Assembly (NCBI GenBank): GCA_036556085.1
Contig: DATBKE010000123.1
Location: 6,171-70,170, forward strand
Direction: 5' to 3'
From: Acidimicrobiia bacterium
GTDB taxonomy: Bacteria > Actinomycetota > Acidimicrobiia > Spongiisociales > ZC4RG35
Length of the DNA stretch: 64,000 bases
Made by a program: the position numbers and the translations under genes. The notes under the pieces were generated by a model. The model searched no databases. It was not told the DNA's origin and worked only from the letters and a program-made list of their open reading frames with translations. The stretch's first letter is position 1, and each line of letters starts with the position of its first letter. Of this stretch, positions 1 to 8,621 are shown piece by piece.

Positions 1-647
1 CGGCCCAGTTGGGCGGGGCCCATGCCGGCGAGCAAGTCCGCGGCCGGAACGCCAACCCGAGGCTCGAGCCACTCCGCCACCCCGGCCAGCATCGGCGTGT
101 CGACTCCACCAGGACACACGGCATTGACATTGATGCCGTGCACCGCCCACTCCATCGCCAGCGATCGGGTGAGGCTGATAACCGCGGCCTTGGCCGCGTT
201 GTAGGCAGCCATGTTCTTGTACCCCACCTTGCCGCAATTGGAGGCGACGTTGACGATTGCACCACCTCGCTCTTTGAGATGGCTTCCCACTTGGCGCGAA
301 CAGAGAAACGTGCCGGTGACGTTGACGTCGAGTTGCCTGCGCCAATCGCCAGCCCCGGCGTCCCAGGCGGTATCGAGGACAACGGCCCCGGCGTTGTTGA
401 CCAAGCCGTCGATGCCGTTCCAGGAATCCACCACCGTTTCGACCGCTGCGGCCACGTCGGCCTCATTGGTGACATCGCAGGGGAGAGGAAGCACTTTGGT
501 GGGGTCGAAGCTCATCGCCGCCGCTTCTACCCGCTCACCATCCAGATCGACCATGGCCACCTGTGCCCCTCGTTCCACCAAGACTTGAGTGATGGCCGAG
601 CCGATGCCTCCAGCGGCTCCCGTGACGATGTAGCGACGGCCTTCCAT
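1..647 (-). CDS. SDR-family oxidoreductase, 3' end lies beyond the window edge
   Basis: Absent from the ORF track because no stop lies in the window. My translation of the minus strand from ATG (647-645) reads MEGRRYIVTGAAGGIGSAITQVLVERGAQVAMVDL (TGxxxGxG Rossmann motif), and further on ...YNAAKAAVISLTRSLAMEWAVHGINVNA (YxxxK). The start overlaps the upstream SDR stop (TGATG). Track ORF 9..875(+) is its antisense shadow. Confidence 0.85.
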   Translation of the reverse strand, partial: MEGRRYIVTGAAGGIGSAITQVLVERGAQVAMVDLDGERVEAAAMSFDPTKVLPLPCDVTNEADVAAAVETVVDSWNGIDGLVNNAGAVVLDTAWDAGAGDWRRQLDVNVTGTFLCSRQVGSHLKERGGAIVNVASNCGKVGYKNMAAYNAAKAAVISLTRSLAMEWAVHGINVNAVCPGGVDTPMLAGVAEWLEPRVGVPAADLLAGMGPAQLG

Positions 648-1381
648 CACCAGGTGGGCCTGGTGAGGACGCCGCCGTCAACCACCAGATCGGCGCCGGT
701 GATGAACCGGGCGAGATCCGAGCAAAGAAAGACGCATGCATCGCCGACCTCGTCGGCTGTTCCCAGACGCCCCAGTGGCGCGGACGCAAGCCAGCGCTGC
801 ACGCCCTGGGGCCAGTCCTGCTCGAGGCCGGGGCGGTCAATGAGACCGGGCGAGACGGTGTTGACCCTGATCTGATGGCGGCCAAATTCCTGCGCCGCCG
901 CGCGGGCATGCATCCGTAGTGCCGCCTTGGCAGTGGCGTAATGTCCGTGCAGAGGAGCGGGCTGGACGCCTTCGATGGAGGCGATGTGGACGATCGAGCC
1001 GCCGGCACCCTGTTCAACCATCTGTCGGGCAACTGCCTGAGTCAGGCGATGAACCGCGGTGACGTCGGTCTCGAGCATTTGCCGAAAATCGTCATCGGTC
1101 ACCTCCAGAGTCGAGGCCAGTGGCTGGATTCCGGCATTGTTGATCAGCCCATCGATGCGTCCGAAGGTGCCGAGCGCGGCCTCGATGATCAATGCTGGGG
1201 CTGTCGCTTCGTTGAGATCGACCTGGACGACCGTTTGCTTGTCAGCCAGCTCAGCGACCGGGCTGGTGCGGGTGGAAAGGACCAGAGTGGCGCCGGCGGC
1301 GGAGAAGCGGCGGGCGATGCCCTCGCCGATTCCTCCGCCAGCCCCGGTGATGACAATCACCCGACCGCTGAGATCGATCAT
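647..1381 (-). CDS. SDR-family oxidoreductase
   Basis: Track ORF 647..1516 trimmed to the internal ATG, giving MIDLSGRVIVITGAGGGIG (TGxxxGxG). NNAG and YATAK (YxxxK) motifs are present. ATGA overlap with the GntR stop at 1378-1381. Confidence 0.9.
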   Translation of the reverse strand: MIDLSGRVIVITGAGGGIGEGIARRFSAAGATLVLSTRTSPVAELADKQTVVQVDLNEATAPALIIEAALGTFGRIDGLINNAGIQPLASTLEVTDDDFRQMLETDVTAVHRLTQAVARQMVEQGAGGSIVHIASIEGVQPAPLHGHYATAKAALRMHARAAAQEFGRHQIRVNTVSPGLIDRPGLEQDWPQGVQRWLASAPLGRLGTADEVGDACVFLCSDLARFITGADLVVDGGVLTRPTW

Positions 1382-2088
1382 CGGGCTCTGACCAGAGAAA
1401 ACGTGAACCTTCCCTCGATGAAGTAAGTGCGGTTGAACATCACCGGTCGGGCGTTGTCCTGGTAATGCACCTGTGACAGGAGAACGTACGCGGCATTGCG
1501 TGGGCGTTTTCCCCAACCGACATTGCCGCCGGCGGCGGCGTGAATCTCGGTGACCGCTGTCGCGACTTCGATTCCGTGGTGGGCGAGAGCAGCGAAGAGC
1601 GAGCCGGTCAACGACGAGACTTCGAAGTCGGCAGGGAGCAGGCGACGATCGATAACGTCATATGAAAACGCCACCAACTCGCCGGACGCGGTCAGCGAGC
1701 GGTTGGTAGCAACCACTTGCGACCGCTCGGGCAATTCGAGCCGCTCTCGCTCTTCCGTGGTAGCGGCCCGAGCCCGACGGGAGCGATAGATCATCTGCGG
1801 GTCGAGACCCGAGGCCCGAATCGTTGCCGATAAAGATTCGAGGCGACGCAGATCTGCCCGGATCTCGGCGTGGGCCGGCGTGGCGAACGTGCCCAGCCCG
1901 TGCCTTGTGATGGTGAGACCCAGGCTCTCGAGCCGGCTGAGGGCGCTTCGAATCGTGGGTCGGGAAACACCGAATTCCGCACTGAGTTGATGTTCCGTTG
2001 GGAGGCGCTCGCCCGGCTTCCACTCGCCTTGCCGGAGCCGATCACTTAGTTGGGAGGCCACCTGATCGGTCAATCGCGGAGACGGCAC
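1378..2088 (-). CDS. GntR/HutC-family transcriptional regulator (N-terminal wHTH, UTRA-like C-terminal domain)
   Basis: N-terminus ...GERLPTEHQLSAEFGVSRPTIRSALSRLESLGLTITRHGLGTFA is a typical GntR wHTH. The ~150 aa C-terminal effector domain is HutC/UTRA-sized. GTG start. Confidence 0.85.
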   Translation of the reverse strand: MPSPRLTDQVASQLSDRLRQGEWKPGERLPTEHQLSAEFGVSRPTIRSALSRLESLGLTITRHGLGTFATPAHAEIRADLRRLESLSATIRASGLDPQMIYRSRRARAATTEERERLELPERSQVVATNRSLTASGELVAFSYDVIDRRLLPADFEVSSLTGSLFAALAHHGIEVATAVTEIHAAAGGNVGWGKRPRNAAYVLLSQVHYQDNARPVMFNRTYFIEGRFTFSLVRAR

Positions 2089-2094
2089 CGTCCG

Positions 2095-2100
2095 ATCTTA
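2095..2100 (-). promoter_or_regulatory. candidate -10 hexamer TAAGAT, 6 nt upstream of the GntR GTG start (leaderless geometry)
   Basis: The minus strand reads TAAGAT-cggacg-GTG, with no SD in between. The same TAnnnT-N6-start geometry recurs at three other genes in the window. Confidence 0.35.
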
Positions 2101-2115
2101 CGACAAACCATCCGA

Positions 2116-2132
2116 AGGTTGTCAGACAACTC
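2116..2132. promoter_or_regulatory. operator-like palindrome AGGTTGTCAGACAACTC (copy 1), overlapping the -35 position of the GntR promoter
   Basis: Perfect inverted repeat GTTGTC-N-GACAAC. The same 17 bp (centre base flipped) recurs in reverse-complement orientation at 3889-3905. GT..AC half-sites are the generic GntR-family operator style. Confidence 0.5.
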
Positions 2133-2574
2133 GAGTCAGGCGCTCGATCTCTTCCGCGGCGTGCGGAAACCGGTTCATCAGATCGGCGCGAGTGCCGAGC
2201 TCGAACATTTCTGGTCGGAATCCCGGGGCCATGGTTGCCCCCACTAACGACCATTCCCCAGTGGTTTCTGAACCTTGCCAAACGCTCGCCGGGACCACCA
2301 GGGCGGGTCGCTCTCCGGCCGCGGTATCGAGGCCAAGCAGGTGACGTTCCACACGCCCATCCGGATAGAGAAGGAGAAAGCGCAATGCCGCTCCGCCGTG
2401 AAAGTGGTACGTCTCGACGCCGGTCAAGCGATGCAGCGCCGAGAAGTCATGCCTCTGCACCAGGAAGTAGATCGCAGTCGAGAATTGATCGGCGAAATAC
2501 TGCGAGTACATGCCGCCCTCGTCTGGCAGCGGCTGCAAGTCGAGGTCGGCAATGAGTCTTTGGGCCCCGGTCAC
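2122..2574 (-). CDS. cupin-fold protein (DUF985-like)
   Basis: 150 aa. ...GGMYSQYF...TAIYFLV...SALHRL.GVETYHFHGG...VVPASVWQG... resembles the DUF985/YML079w cupin family. GTGA overlap with the upstream amidohydrolase stop. Confidence 0.65.
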   Translation of the reverse strand: MTGAQRLIADLDLQPLPDEGGMYSQYFADQFSTAIYFLVQRHDFSALHRLTGVETYHFHGGAALRFLLLYPDGRVERHLLGLDTAAGERPALVVPASVWQGSETTGEWSLVGATMAPGFRPEMFELGTRADLMNRFPHAAEEIERLTRVV

Positions 2575-3875
2575 GCCCGAGAAAGCTCCCGGGCTCGACC
2601 GCTGACTTCGGCTCGCACGGCCGCCAGATCGACCGTCTGAATCCCTGTTGGGTCAACTACCAGGCGGCCTCCCACCCACACCCCTTTGATGAGTCCGGGA
2701 TGACCCGAGTACACGAGATGGGTGAGCAGATCGCGATCTTCAGTAATGGGCACCATCGGGTCGACATCCACCAGGACCATGTCGGCCTTGGCGCCTTCTC
2801 CCAGGTGTCCGAGGTCATCCCGTCCCAGGGCCTGCCCGCCTTCCCGAGTGGCCATAGCCAGAACATCTATCGGTGCCAGGGCACCGGCATCTCCCGCCCG
2901 TAGACGGGCCAACCTGAGTGCTCCTCTCATATCCTCGAATAGATCGAGGCGATCGTGGGAGGCGGGGCCGTCAGTGCCAAGGCCGACCCGGATCCCGGCC
3001 TTTCTCATATCCGTTATCCGGGCGATACCAGAGGCATGCTTGCCATTCGAAGAGGGACAGTGGGCGACGGCGGCTCCTCGACCTGCGAGCAACTCGATGT
3101 CCTCGTCTGAGAGCCAGACCGCGTGAGCGGCCACCACCGGCGAGTCGAAGATCCCGAGGTGGTCGAGGTAGGCCGTGACCGACATTCCGGTGCGGTCGCT
3201 GACTCCATCCCCCTCGTGCTCGGCTTCGGCGAGATGAATTTGGATGTGCATGCTGTGCTTCACCGCCAGTTCGGCCACTCGCTGCAAGGCTTCTTCAGCC
3301 ACTGCATATGCCGAGTGCGGGCCGAAGCCGATGCTGATCAGCTCATGGTCATGCCAGTGTCTGGCTTCAGCGACCATCGCCTCGATCTGAGTCTCCCAAT
3401 CACCAAAGCGCGCCAGATTCTCGGCCACGAGGATGGGGGGAGTGACGACGCAGCGGAGGCCGGCAGCGCCAGCAGCCTCGGCGACGGCTCGGGGGTGAAA
3501 GTACATCTCGTGGCTGGTGGTGATGCCGTTGCCCAGCAGCTCGGCTGCTCCCAGCGTCATCGCCAGTGTGACGTCTTCAGGGGTGAGCTTGCCCTCGCGC
3601 GGCCACATCACCTCGGTCAACCATCTCGAAACTGGCAAGCCTTCACCGGCGCCGCGGAGAAGGACCATCGGGGTGTGGGCGTGGGTGTTGACCAACCCCG
3701 GGATCAACAATCCGCGCAGAGATAAGACTTCAGCGTCAGTGGGTGGGGCCTGTGAGAGCGGCCCCGACCAGGTCACAACGCCATTGGTGACGTCGACCGC
3801 ACCCGACGAGACGACCTCCGGTTCGGCGGCCATCGTGATCAACCAGTCGCACAAGAACCTGGTCACGGCCGCCAT
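2571..3875 (-). CDS. mtaD: amidohydrolase, 5-methylthioadenosine/S-adenosylhomocysteine deaminase-like
   Basis: LIPGLVNTHAHTPMVLLRGAGEGLPVSRWL (HxH metal site and the following loop) is typical of the MtaD/chlorohydrolase subgroup. The track ORF was trimmed from 3962. The start is ambiguous: ATG 3875 or ATG 3833. Confidence 0.8.
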   Translation of the reverse strand: MAAVTRFLCDWLITMAAEPEVVSSGAVDVTNGVVTWSGPLSQAPPTDAEVLSLRGLLIPGLVNTHAHTPMVLLRGAGEGLPVSRWLTEVMWPREGKLTPEDVTLAMTLGAAELLGNGITTSHEMYFHPRAVAEAAGAAGLRCVVTPPILVAENLARFGDWETQIEAMVAEARHWHDHELISIGFGPHSAYAVAEEALQRVAELAVKHSMHIQIHLAEAEHEGDGVSDRTGMSVTAYLDHLGIFDSPVVAAHAVWLSDEDIELLAGRGAAVAHCPSSNGKHASGIARITDMRKAGIRVGLGTDGPASHDRLDLFEDMRGALRLARLRAGDAGALAPIDVLAMATREGGQALGRDDLGHLGEGAKADMVLVDVDPMVPITEDRDLLTHLVYSGHPGLIKGVWVGGRLVVDPTGIQTVDLAAVRAEVSGRARELSRA

Positions 3876-3888
3876 GGTAAGTTTGCGA

Positions 3889-3905
3889 GAGTTGTCAGAC
3901 AACCT
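3889..3905. promoter_or_regulatory. operator-like palindrome GAGTTGTCAGACAACCT (copy 2) in the mtaD/mtnA divergent region
   Basis: The reverse complement AGGTTGTCTGACAACTC matches copy 1 at 16 of 17 positions; only the central base differs. Confidence 0.5.
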
Positions 3906-3921
3906 CGGGACCTCGTCCGCG

Positions 3922-4950
3922 GTGCGGAGTGTCGATTGGATCGACGGTGCCCTCGTGATCATCGATCAGAGGAAGCTTCCCGACGAGGTCAGTTATCTCC
4001 GCCTCAAAACGGTTGCTGAGCTGGTCGATGCCATCAAGACCCTGGCGGTGCGGGGTGCACCGTCAATCGGAGTGGCCGGGGCGTTCGGCGTTGTCCTCGC
4101 ATTCAATGAATTCCCGAGCGATCAGGCAGGCTTTGGGAGAGCAGTGGAATCAATTCGCCGGGCCAGGCCCACGGCGGTCAACCTGGCCCGTTCGGTTGAT
4201 CGAGTGGCAGGAAGAGCTGACGATGGCCTGGATGCGATGCTCGAGGAGGCCCTGATCATTCGCGACGATGAGATCGCGGCGTGCTGGTCCATGGGCATGA
4301 ATGGGGCTGAGTTGCTCGTGGAGTTGTTGGGAAATCGTCCCCAGCGTTTGATGACCATCTGCAACACCGGCGGCCTGGCAGCGGTGGAGAGAGGAACCGC
4401 ACTGGGGGTGATCCAGACGATGTTCGAAAGAGGTTTGTTGGAAGAGGCTCTGGCGACGGAGACCCGGCCCCTCCTGCAAGGAAGCCGGCTCACGGCGTGG
4501 GAGCTAGAACGGATGGGAGCTCCCTTTCGATTGCTGGTTGATGCTGCCGGGCCTTTTGTTCTCACTCAGGGCGGTGCGGAGGCAGTGCTAACCGGAGCAG
4601 ATCGGATCGCGGCCAATGGCGACACCGCCAACAAGGTGGGTTCGCTGGCTCTGGCGTTGGGGGCTCGTTTTGCCGGGGCTCCCTTCATCGTGGTCGCCCC
4701 GGAGACAACCATCGACGAAGCCACCCCCTCAGGGGCGATGATCGAGATCGAAGACCGGGGGCCAACCGAAGTTGTGTCCGCCCGCGGGCTTCAGATCGCC
4801 CCCGAAGCGACCCGGGCATTAAACCCTGCTTTCGACGTGACTCCGGCTGAACTGATCACCGCCATAGTCACCGATCGGCGAGTGGTGCGGCTCGACCGGG
4901 GTGAGAAGCTTTCTGAAGTTCCCTTGGGCGAGCGAAGGCTTAGTGCTTGA
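3922..4950 (+). CDS. mtnA: S-methyl-5-thioribose-1-phosphate isomerase family (eIF-2B alpha/beta/delta-like)
   Basis: (V)RSVDWIDGALVIIDQRKLPDEVSYLRLKTVAELVDAIKTLAVRGAPSIGVAGAFG is a typical MtnA N-terminus. I prefer the in-frame GTG 3922, because ATG 3874 would overlap the mtaD ATG (CCATGG) and place the palindrome inside the CDS. The long track ORF from 3517 is antisense to mtaD. Confidence 0.85.
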   Translation: MRSVDWIDGALVIIDQRKLPDEVSYLRLKTVAELVDAIKTLAVRGAPSIGVAGAFGVVLAFNEFPSDQAGFGRAVESIRRARPTAVNLARSVDRVAGRADDGLDAMLEEALIIRDDEIAACWSMGMNGAELLVELLGNRPQRLMTICNTGGLAAVERGTALGVIQTMFERGLLEEALATETRPLLQGSRLTAWELERMGAPFRLLVDAAGPFVLTQGGAEAVLTGADRIAANGDTANKVGSLALALGARFAGAPFIVVAPETTIDEATPSGAMIEIEDRGPTEVVSARGLQIAPEATRALNPAFDVTPAELITAIVTDRRVVRLDRGEKLSEVPLGERRLSA

Positions 4951-4970
4951 CAATGAATAGGAGGAGGACC

Positions 4971-6029
4971 ATGCACAGATATTCGAAGTTGATTGGCGCC
5001 GTCGGCGTCGTTGCCTTGTTGACAGCTTGCGGTGGTGGAGGCACGGCTACCACCGCCCCGGGAGGCGCCACCGACACCACTGGGGCAGCCGAGGGGCCGA
5101 CCTTGATCTATATCACGCCGAACCCGATCGGCATCAACAAGTTCCTCGAGCTTGGTCAGATCGGGACCCAGCGGGCGGCTGAGGCGAGAGGCGGCAGCTT
5201 CAAGGTCTTCGAAAGCACCGATCTCAACAGCCGGCAGGCCAACGTCGAAGCCGCTATCGAAGAGGCGCCGGACGTGATCGTTCTCACCACCTTCGAGTTC
5301 ACGGAGATGGCGGGCGAGCTGGCTCCCGCCAATCCCGACCAGCAGTTCATCCTGATCGATGCCTGCCCCGAGACCGAGACCCCCATCGAGAACCTCCATT
5401 GCGGCGTCTTTCGCGAGCACGAAGGCGCCTATCTGCTCGGTTTGATGGCCGGAAACCTGACCGAGACTGGACAGATCGGCTCAGTGGTGGCTCTCGATAT
5501 CCCTTTCCTCCATCGCTGGTCGGACAGCTTCGCCCTCGGGGCCCAGACAATTGATCCCTCGATTACCGACTCGCAGGTGTTCATCGCCGGCGACAACCCC
5601 TTCTCTGATCCGGCCACGGCCAAGGAGCAGGCGCTGGCGCTGGCGGCCCAGGGAGCAGACCAGATCTTCGCCGTTGGCGCCGGTTCTAACGGCGGCATCT
5701 TCGAGGCCGCCCAGGAGGAAGGCTTCATGACCTATGGGGTCGACGTCAATCAATGCCCCGATGCGGCGGGCTCCATCGTCGACAACAACCTCAAGCTGGT
5801 CGATAACGTCGTCGAGCAGCTCATCAACTCGATTCTCGACGGCGAAGCCGAACCACTGACCTCATTCGGCTTGGCCGAGGGCGGGACCGGCGTGATGGCG
5901 ATCTCCGACGAGCTGGAGGGCTCGGAATGCCTGATCGCCGACTATCCGGACATCATCGAGCAGGTCCAAACCGCAGCCGATCAGATCATCGACGGATCCT
6001 TGGAAGTTCCCGACCCGTTGTTCAGCTGA
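4971..6029 (+). CDS. BMP-family (PnrA-like) ABC transporter substrate-binding lipoprotein
   Basis: AGGAGGAGG SD upstream of ATG 4971. Lipoprotein signal ...VVALLTAC|GGGG. Overall BMP/basic-membrane-protein (nucleoside-binding) look. Confidence 0.8.
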   Translation: MHRYSKLIGAVGVVALLTACGGGGTATTAPGGATDTTGAAEGPTLIYITPNPIGINKFLELGQIGTQRAAEARGGSFKVFESTDLNSRQANVEAAIEEAPDVIVLTTFEFTEMAGELAPANPDQQFILIDACPETETPIENLHCGVFREHEGAYLLGLMAGNLTETGQIGSVVALDIPFLHRWSDSFALGAQTIDPSITDSQVFIAGDNPFSDPATAKEQALALAAQGADQIFAVGAGSNGGIFEAAQEEGFMTYGVDVNQCPDAAGSIVDNNLKLVDNVVEQLINSILDGEAEPLTSFGLAEGGTGVMAISDELEGSECLIADYPDIIEQVQTAADQIIDGSLEVPDPLFS

Positions 6030-6033
6030 CTCC

Positions 6034-7542
6034 GTGCCCAACGCGCTCGAACTCCGGGGGATCAGCAAAAGCTTCCCCGGAGTTCGCGCAAATGACGACG
6101 TCAATTTGGAAGTGCGGCGGGGAGACATCCACGCCATCGTCGGTGAGAACGGAGCCGGCAAGACCACACTGATGTCGATCCTCTATGGATTGACCCCGCC
6201 CGACTCGGGTGAAATCGTGGTCGACGGGCGCACCGTGCGATTCGGCTCCGCACTGGATGCAATCGCGGCTGGCCTCGGCATGGTCCACCAAGCCTTCAAG
6301 CTGTTCCCCACGCTGACCGTGGCAGAGAACGTGGTATTTCGCAACGAGCCTCGCACCGGGATCTTCCTCGATCGCGATCAAGCGGCGGAGAGAGTACGAG
6401 CACTCGGCTCGGAGTACGGGCTGATGGTCGACCCCAGGGCCCGCATCGAGGATCTCCCGGTTGGGTTGTTGCAACGGGTGGAGATCCTCAAAGCCCTCTA
6501 CCGCGATGCGCAGGTCCTCATCCTCGATGAGCCCACGGCGGTCCTGACGCCGCAAGAGCGGGACAACCTGTTTGTCACCCTCCGGCGCCTCAAAGATCGC
6601 GGGCGAACGGTGATCTTCATTACCCACAAACTGGGCGAGGTCATGGCGGTTTCGGATCGGGTGACGGTTCTGCGAGGTGGGCGGGCGGTTGCCCACCTCG
6701 ACACAGCTTCCACGTCTCCGACCGAGGTGTCCCGCTTGATGACCGGTCGCAACGTCGACCTCGACAGCCGGCCGCCCCCTTCGGAGTTGGGGTCGCCCGT
6801 TCTTGGCGTCACCGATTTGACGGTTTCAGACGATGATGGGCTCGTCCGGGTGGACGCTGTTTCTCTCCAAGTGCGGTCAGGTGAGATCCTGGGCGTGGCC
6901 GCAGTCGCAGGGAACGGACAACACGAGCTAGTCGAAGCGATCTGTGGCCTTCGACCTCGCGATGGCGGATCGATCGTCGTGGGCGGAAAGGAGGTGGCCG
7001 CGGCCGAAATGGCTCTCACTCGGGAGAGCGGCCTTGCCTACATACCCGAAGATCGTCACCGGGTGGGGACCGCCGCCGGGGGCGAAGTCTGGGCCAACCT
7101 GGTGATGGGGTTCCAGCGGCTGAAGGATTTTCGCCGGGGCCGATTCATGCGCAGGGCGGAAGTCGATGAGCACGCCCGCCGAATCATTGCTGACTATGAC
7201 GTGCGGGTGGCTGGACCCGCAGTTGCCGCGGCGACCCTCTCGGGGGGGAACCTCCAGAAGCTCGTGGTCGGTCGGGAGATGTCGCATGCCGCTCCGTTGT
7301 TGGTGGCCGAGGAGCCGACCCGGGGAGTGGACGTGGGCGCCATCGAGTTCCTCCATCGACAGCTGATCGAATACCGCAACCAAGGCGGGGGAATCCTGCT
7401 CCTTTCGGCGGAGCTATGGGAGCTCCTCGCTCTCTCTTCTCGCATCGTGGTGATGTACGAAGGGCGTATCGTGGCCGAGCTCGACCCGGCCGAGACGGAC
7501 GAGGCGGAATTGGGGTTTTTCATGACCGGCGGCCGCAGATGA
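6034..7542 (+). CDS. ABC transporter ATP-binding protein with duplicated cassettes
   Basis: Walker A GENGAGKTT in the first cassette, a second cassette, and LSGGNLQK signature. 502 aa, typical of BMP/CUT2-type importers. GTG start. Confidence 0.9.
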   Translation: MPNALELRGISKSFPGVRANDDVNLEVRRGDIHAIVGENGAGKTTLMSILYGLTPPDSGEIVVDGRTVRFGSALDAIAAGLGMVHQAFKLFPTLTVAENVVFRNEPRTGIFLDRDQAAERVRALGSEYGLMVDPRARIEDLPVGLLQRVEILKALYRDAQVLILDEPTAVLTPQERDNLFVTLRRLKDRGRTVIFITHKLGEVMAVSDRVTVLRGGRAVAHLDTASTSPTEVSRLMTGRNVDLDSRPPPSELGSPVLGVTDLTVSDDDGLVRVDAVSLQVRSGEILGVAAVAGNGQHELVEAICGLRPRDGGSIVVGGKEVAAAEMALTRESGLAYIPEDRHRVGTAAGGEVWANLVMGFQRLKDFRRGRFMRRAEVDEHARRIIADYDVRVAGPAVAAATLSGGNLQKLVVGREMSHAAPLLVAEEPTRGVDVGAIEFLHRQLIEYRNQGGGILLLSAELWELLALSSRIVVMYEGRIVAELDPAETDEAELGFFMTGGRR

Positions 7543-8615
7543 TGAGCCACAGCTCGTCCGACCGGCTTTCGGTGGTTTTGTCCATCGTGGCCGCGCTCTT
7601 GATCGGCGCGGCCGTCATTGCCCTCTCGGGCACGAATCCTTTGTCGGCTTATGGAGAGATGGTCGATGGGGCTCTGACGGGGTCGGGACTGCGCAACACG
7701 ACGGCGAGGATGATCCCGATCGTCGGCATGGGGCTGGCGCTTTCCATTCCATTCCGGGCCGGGGTGATCAATCTGGGGGGCGAGGGCCAAATGGTCCTCG
7801 GTGGTCTGGCGGGAACCCTGTGCGCCATCTACCTCCCGGGACCGCCGCCGCTGGTGATGGTTGCCTCGATCGTGGCGGGGGCAGTAGCCGGTGCCTTCTG
7901 GGCCTTCCTGGCGGCGGCCGGACAGATCTGGTTGAAGCTCCCGATCCTGATCAGCTCACTGCTCCTGGCTTACCCGGCACGGGCCATCACCAGCTATCTG
8001 GTGAGGTTTCCGTTCGCCGACCCCACCGTCACCTCTTCTTCCACCGTCCCGGTGCCGGATGCGAACCGGATCCCCAAGCTTCCGCTCTTTGGCGGTGTCT
8101 CGGCCAGTCTTGTCCTGCTGGCGCTCTTCCTGGTCGCGATCGCCATCTTCAATCAGCGAACGGTGGCTGGCTACGAGACCAGGATGACCGGGCTCAACTC
8201 CCGCTTCTCACGCTATGGGGGAGTTGGAGTCGACCGACAGGTGGTGTGGGTCATGCTCGCCTCGGGCGCGATCGCCGGAGTGATCGGCACCCATCTGGTG
8301 GTTGGCGAGACATATCGCTTTCTCGACGGCGACCTGGTGGCCTCGGGCTTTGCCTGGACCGGCTTGCTTGTCACGCTCCTGGCTTCTCATCGCCCGCTGC
8401 CATTGCTGGCCGCCGGAGCCTTCTTTTCGGCGCTGCAAATAGGTGGCCTGGCCATGCAGCGGAACGTCAATGTTCCCTGGCAGATCGCTCTCGTTGTTCA
8501 AGCGGTCGTGATCGTCGTCCTCGCTGGCCGCTTCGTGCTCAGCTGGCGTCAACGTGAGCAACCGGATGAGATCCCGATGGCGGAGGGAGAGCTCACGGTG
8601 ACGGGCGAGGTCTGA
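7539..8615 (+). CDS. ABC transporter permease
   Basis: ATGATGA junction with the ATPase stop. Multi-span hydrophobic protein. The track ORF from 7416 was trimmed. Confidence 0.85.
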   Translation: MMSHSSSDRLSVVLSIVAALLIGAAVIALSGTNPLSAYGEMVDGALTGSGLRNTTARMIPIVGMGLALSIPFRAGVINLGGEGQMVLGGLAGTLCAIYLPGPPPLVMVASIVAGAVAGAFWAFLAAAGQIWLKLPILISSLLLAYPARAITSYLVRFPFADPTVTSSSTVPVPDANRIPKLPLFGGVSASLVLLALFLVAIAIFNQRTVAGYETRMTGLNSRFSRYGGVGVDRQVVWVMLASGAIAGVIGTHLVVGETYRFLDGDLVASGFAWTGLLVTLLASHRPLPLLAAGAFFSALQIGGLAMQRNVNVPWQIALVVQAVVIVVLAGRFVLSWRQREQPDEIPMAEGELTVTGEV

Positions 8616-8621
8616 GCGACG

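Noticed and set aside
9-875. A 288-aa plus-strand ORF. Similar long ORFs lie opposite strong genes, for example 10173..10880(+), 10923..11879(+), 19111..20043(-), 20347..21297(-), 21186..21983(-), 25509..26384(-), 29068..30378(-), 46144..46851(+), 60157..61335(+).
   Set aside because: These are typical high-GC antisense shadow ORFs. They have Arg/Gly/Pro/His-rich low-complexity translations with no motifs. The opposite strand encodes proteins with clear family signatures (SDR, aminotransferase, CoxL, DAHP synthase, UvrB, CtaD).
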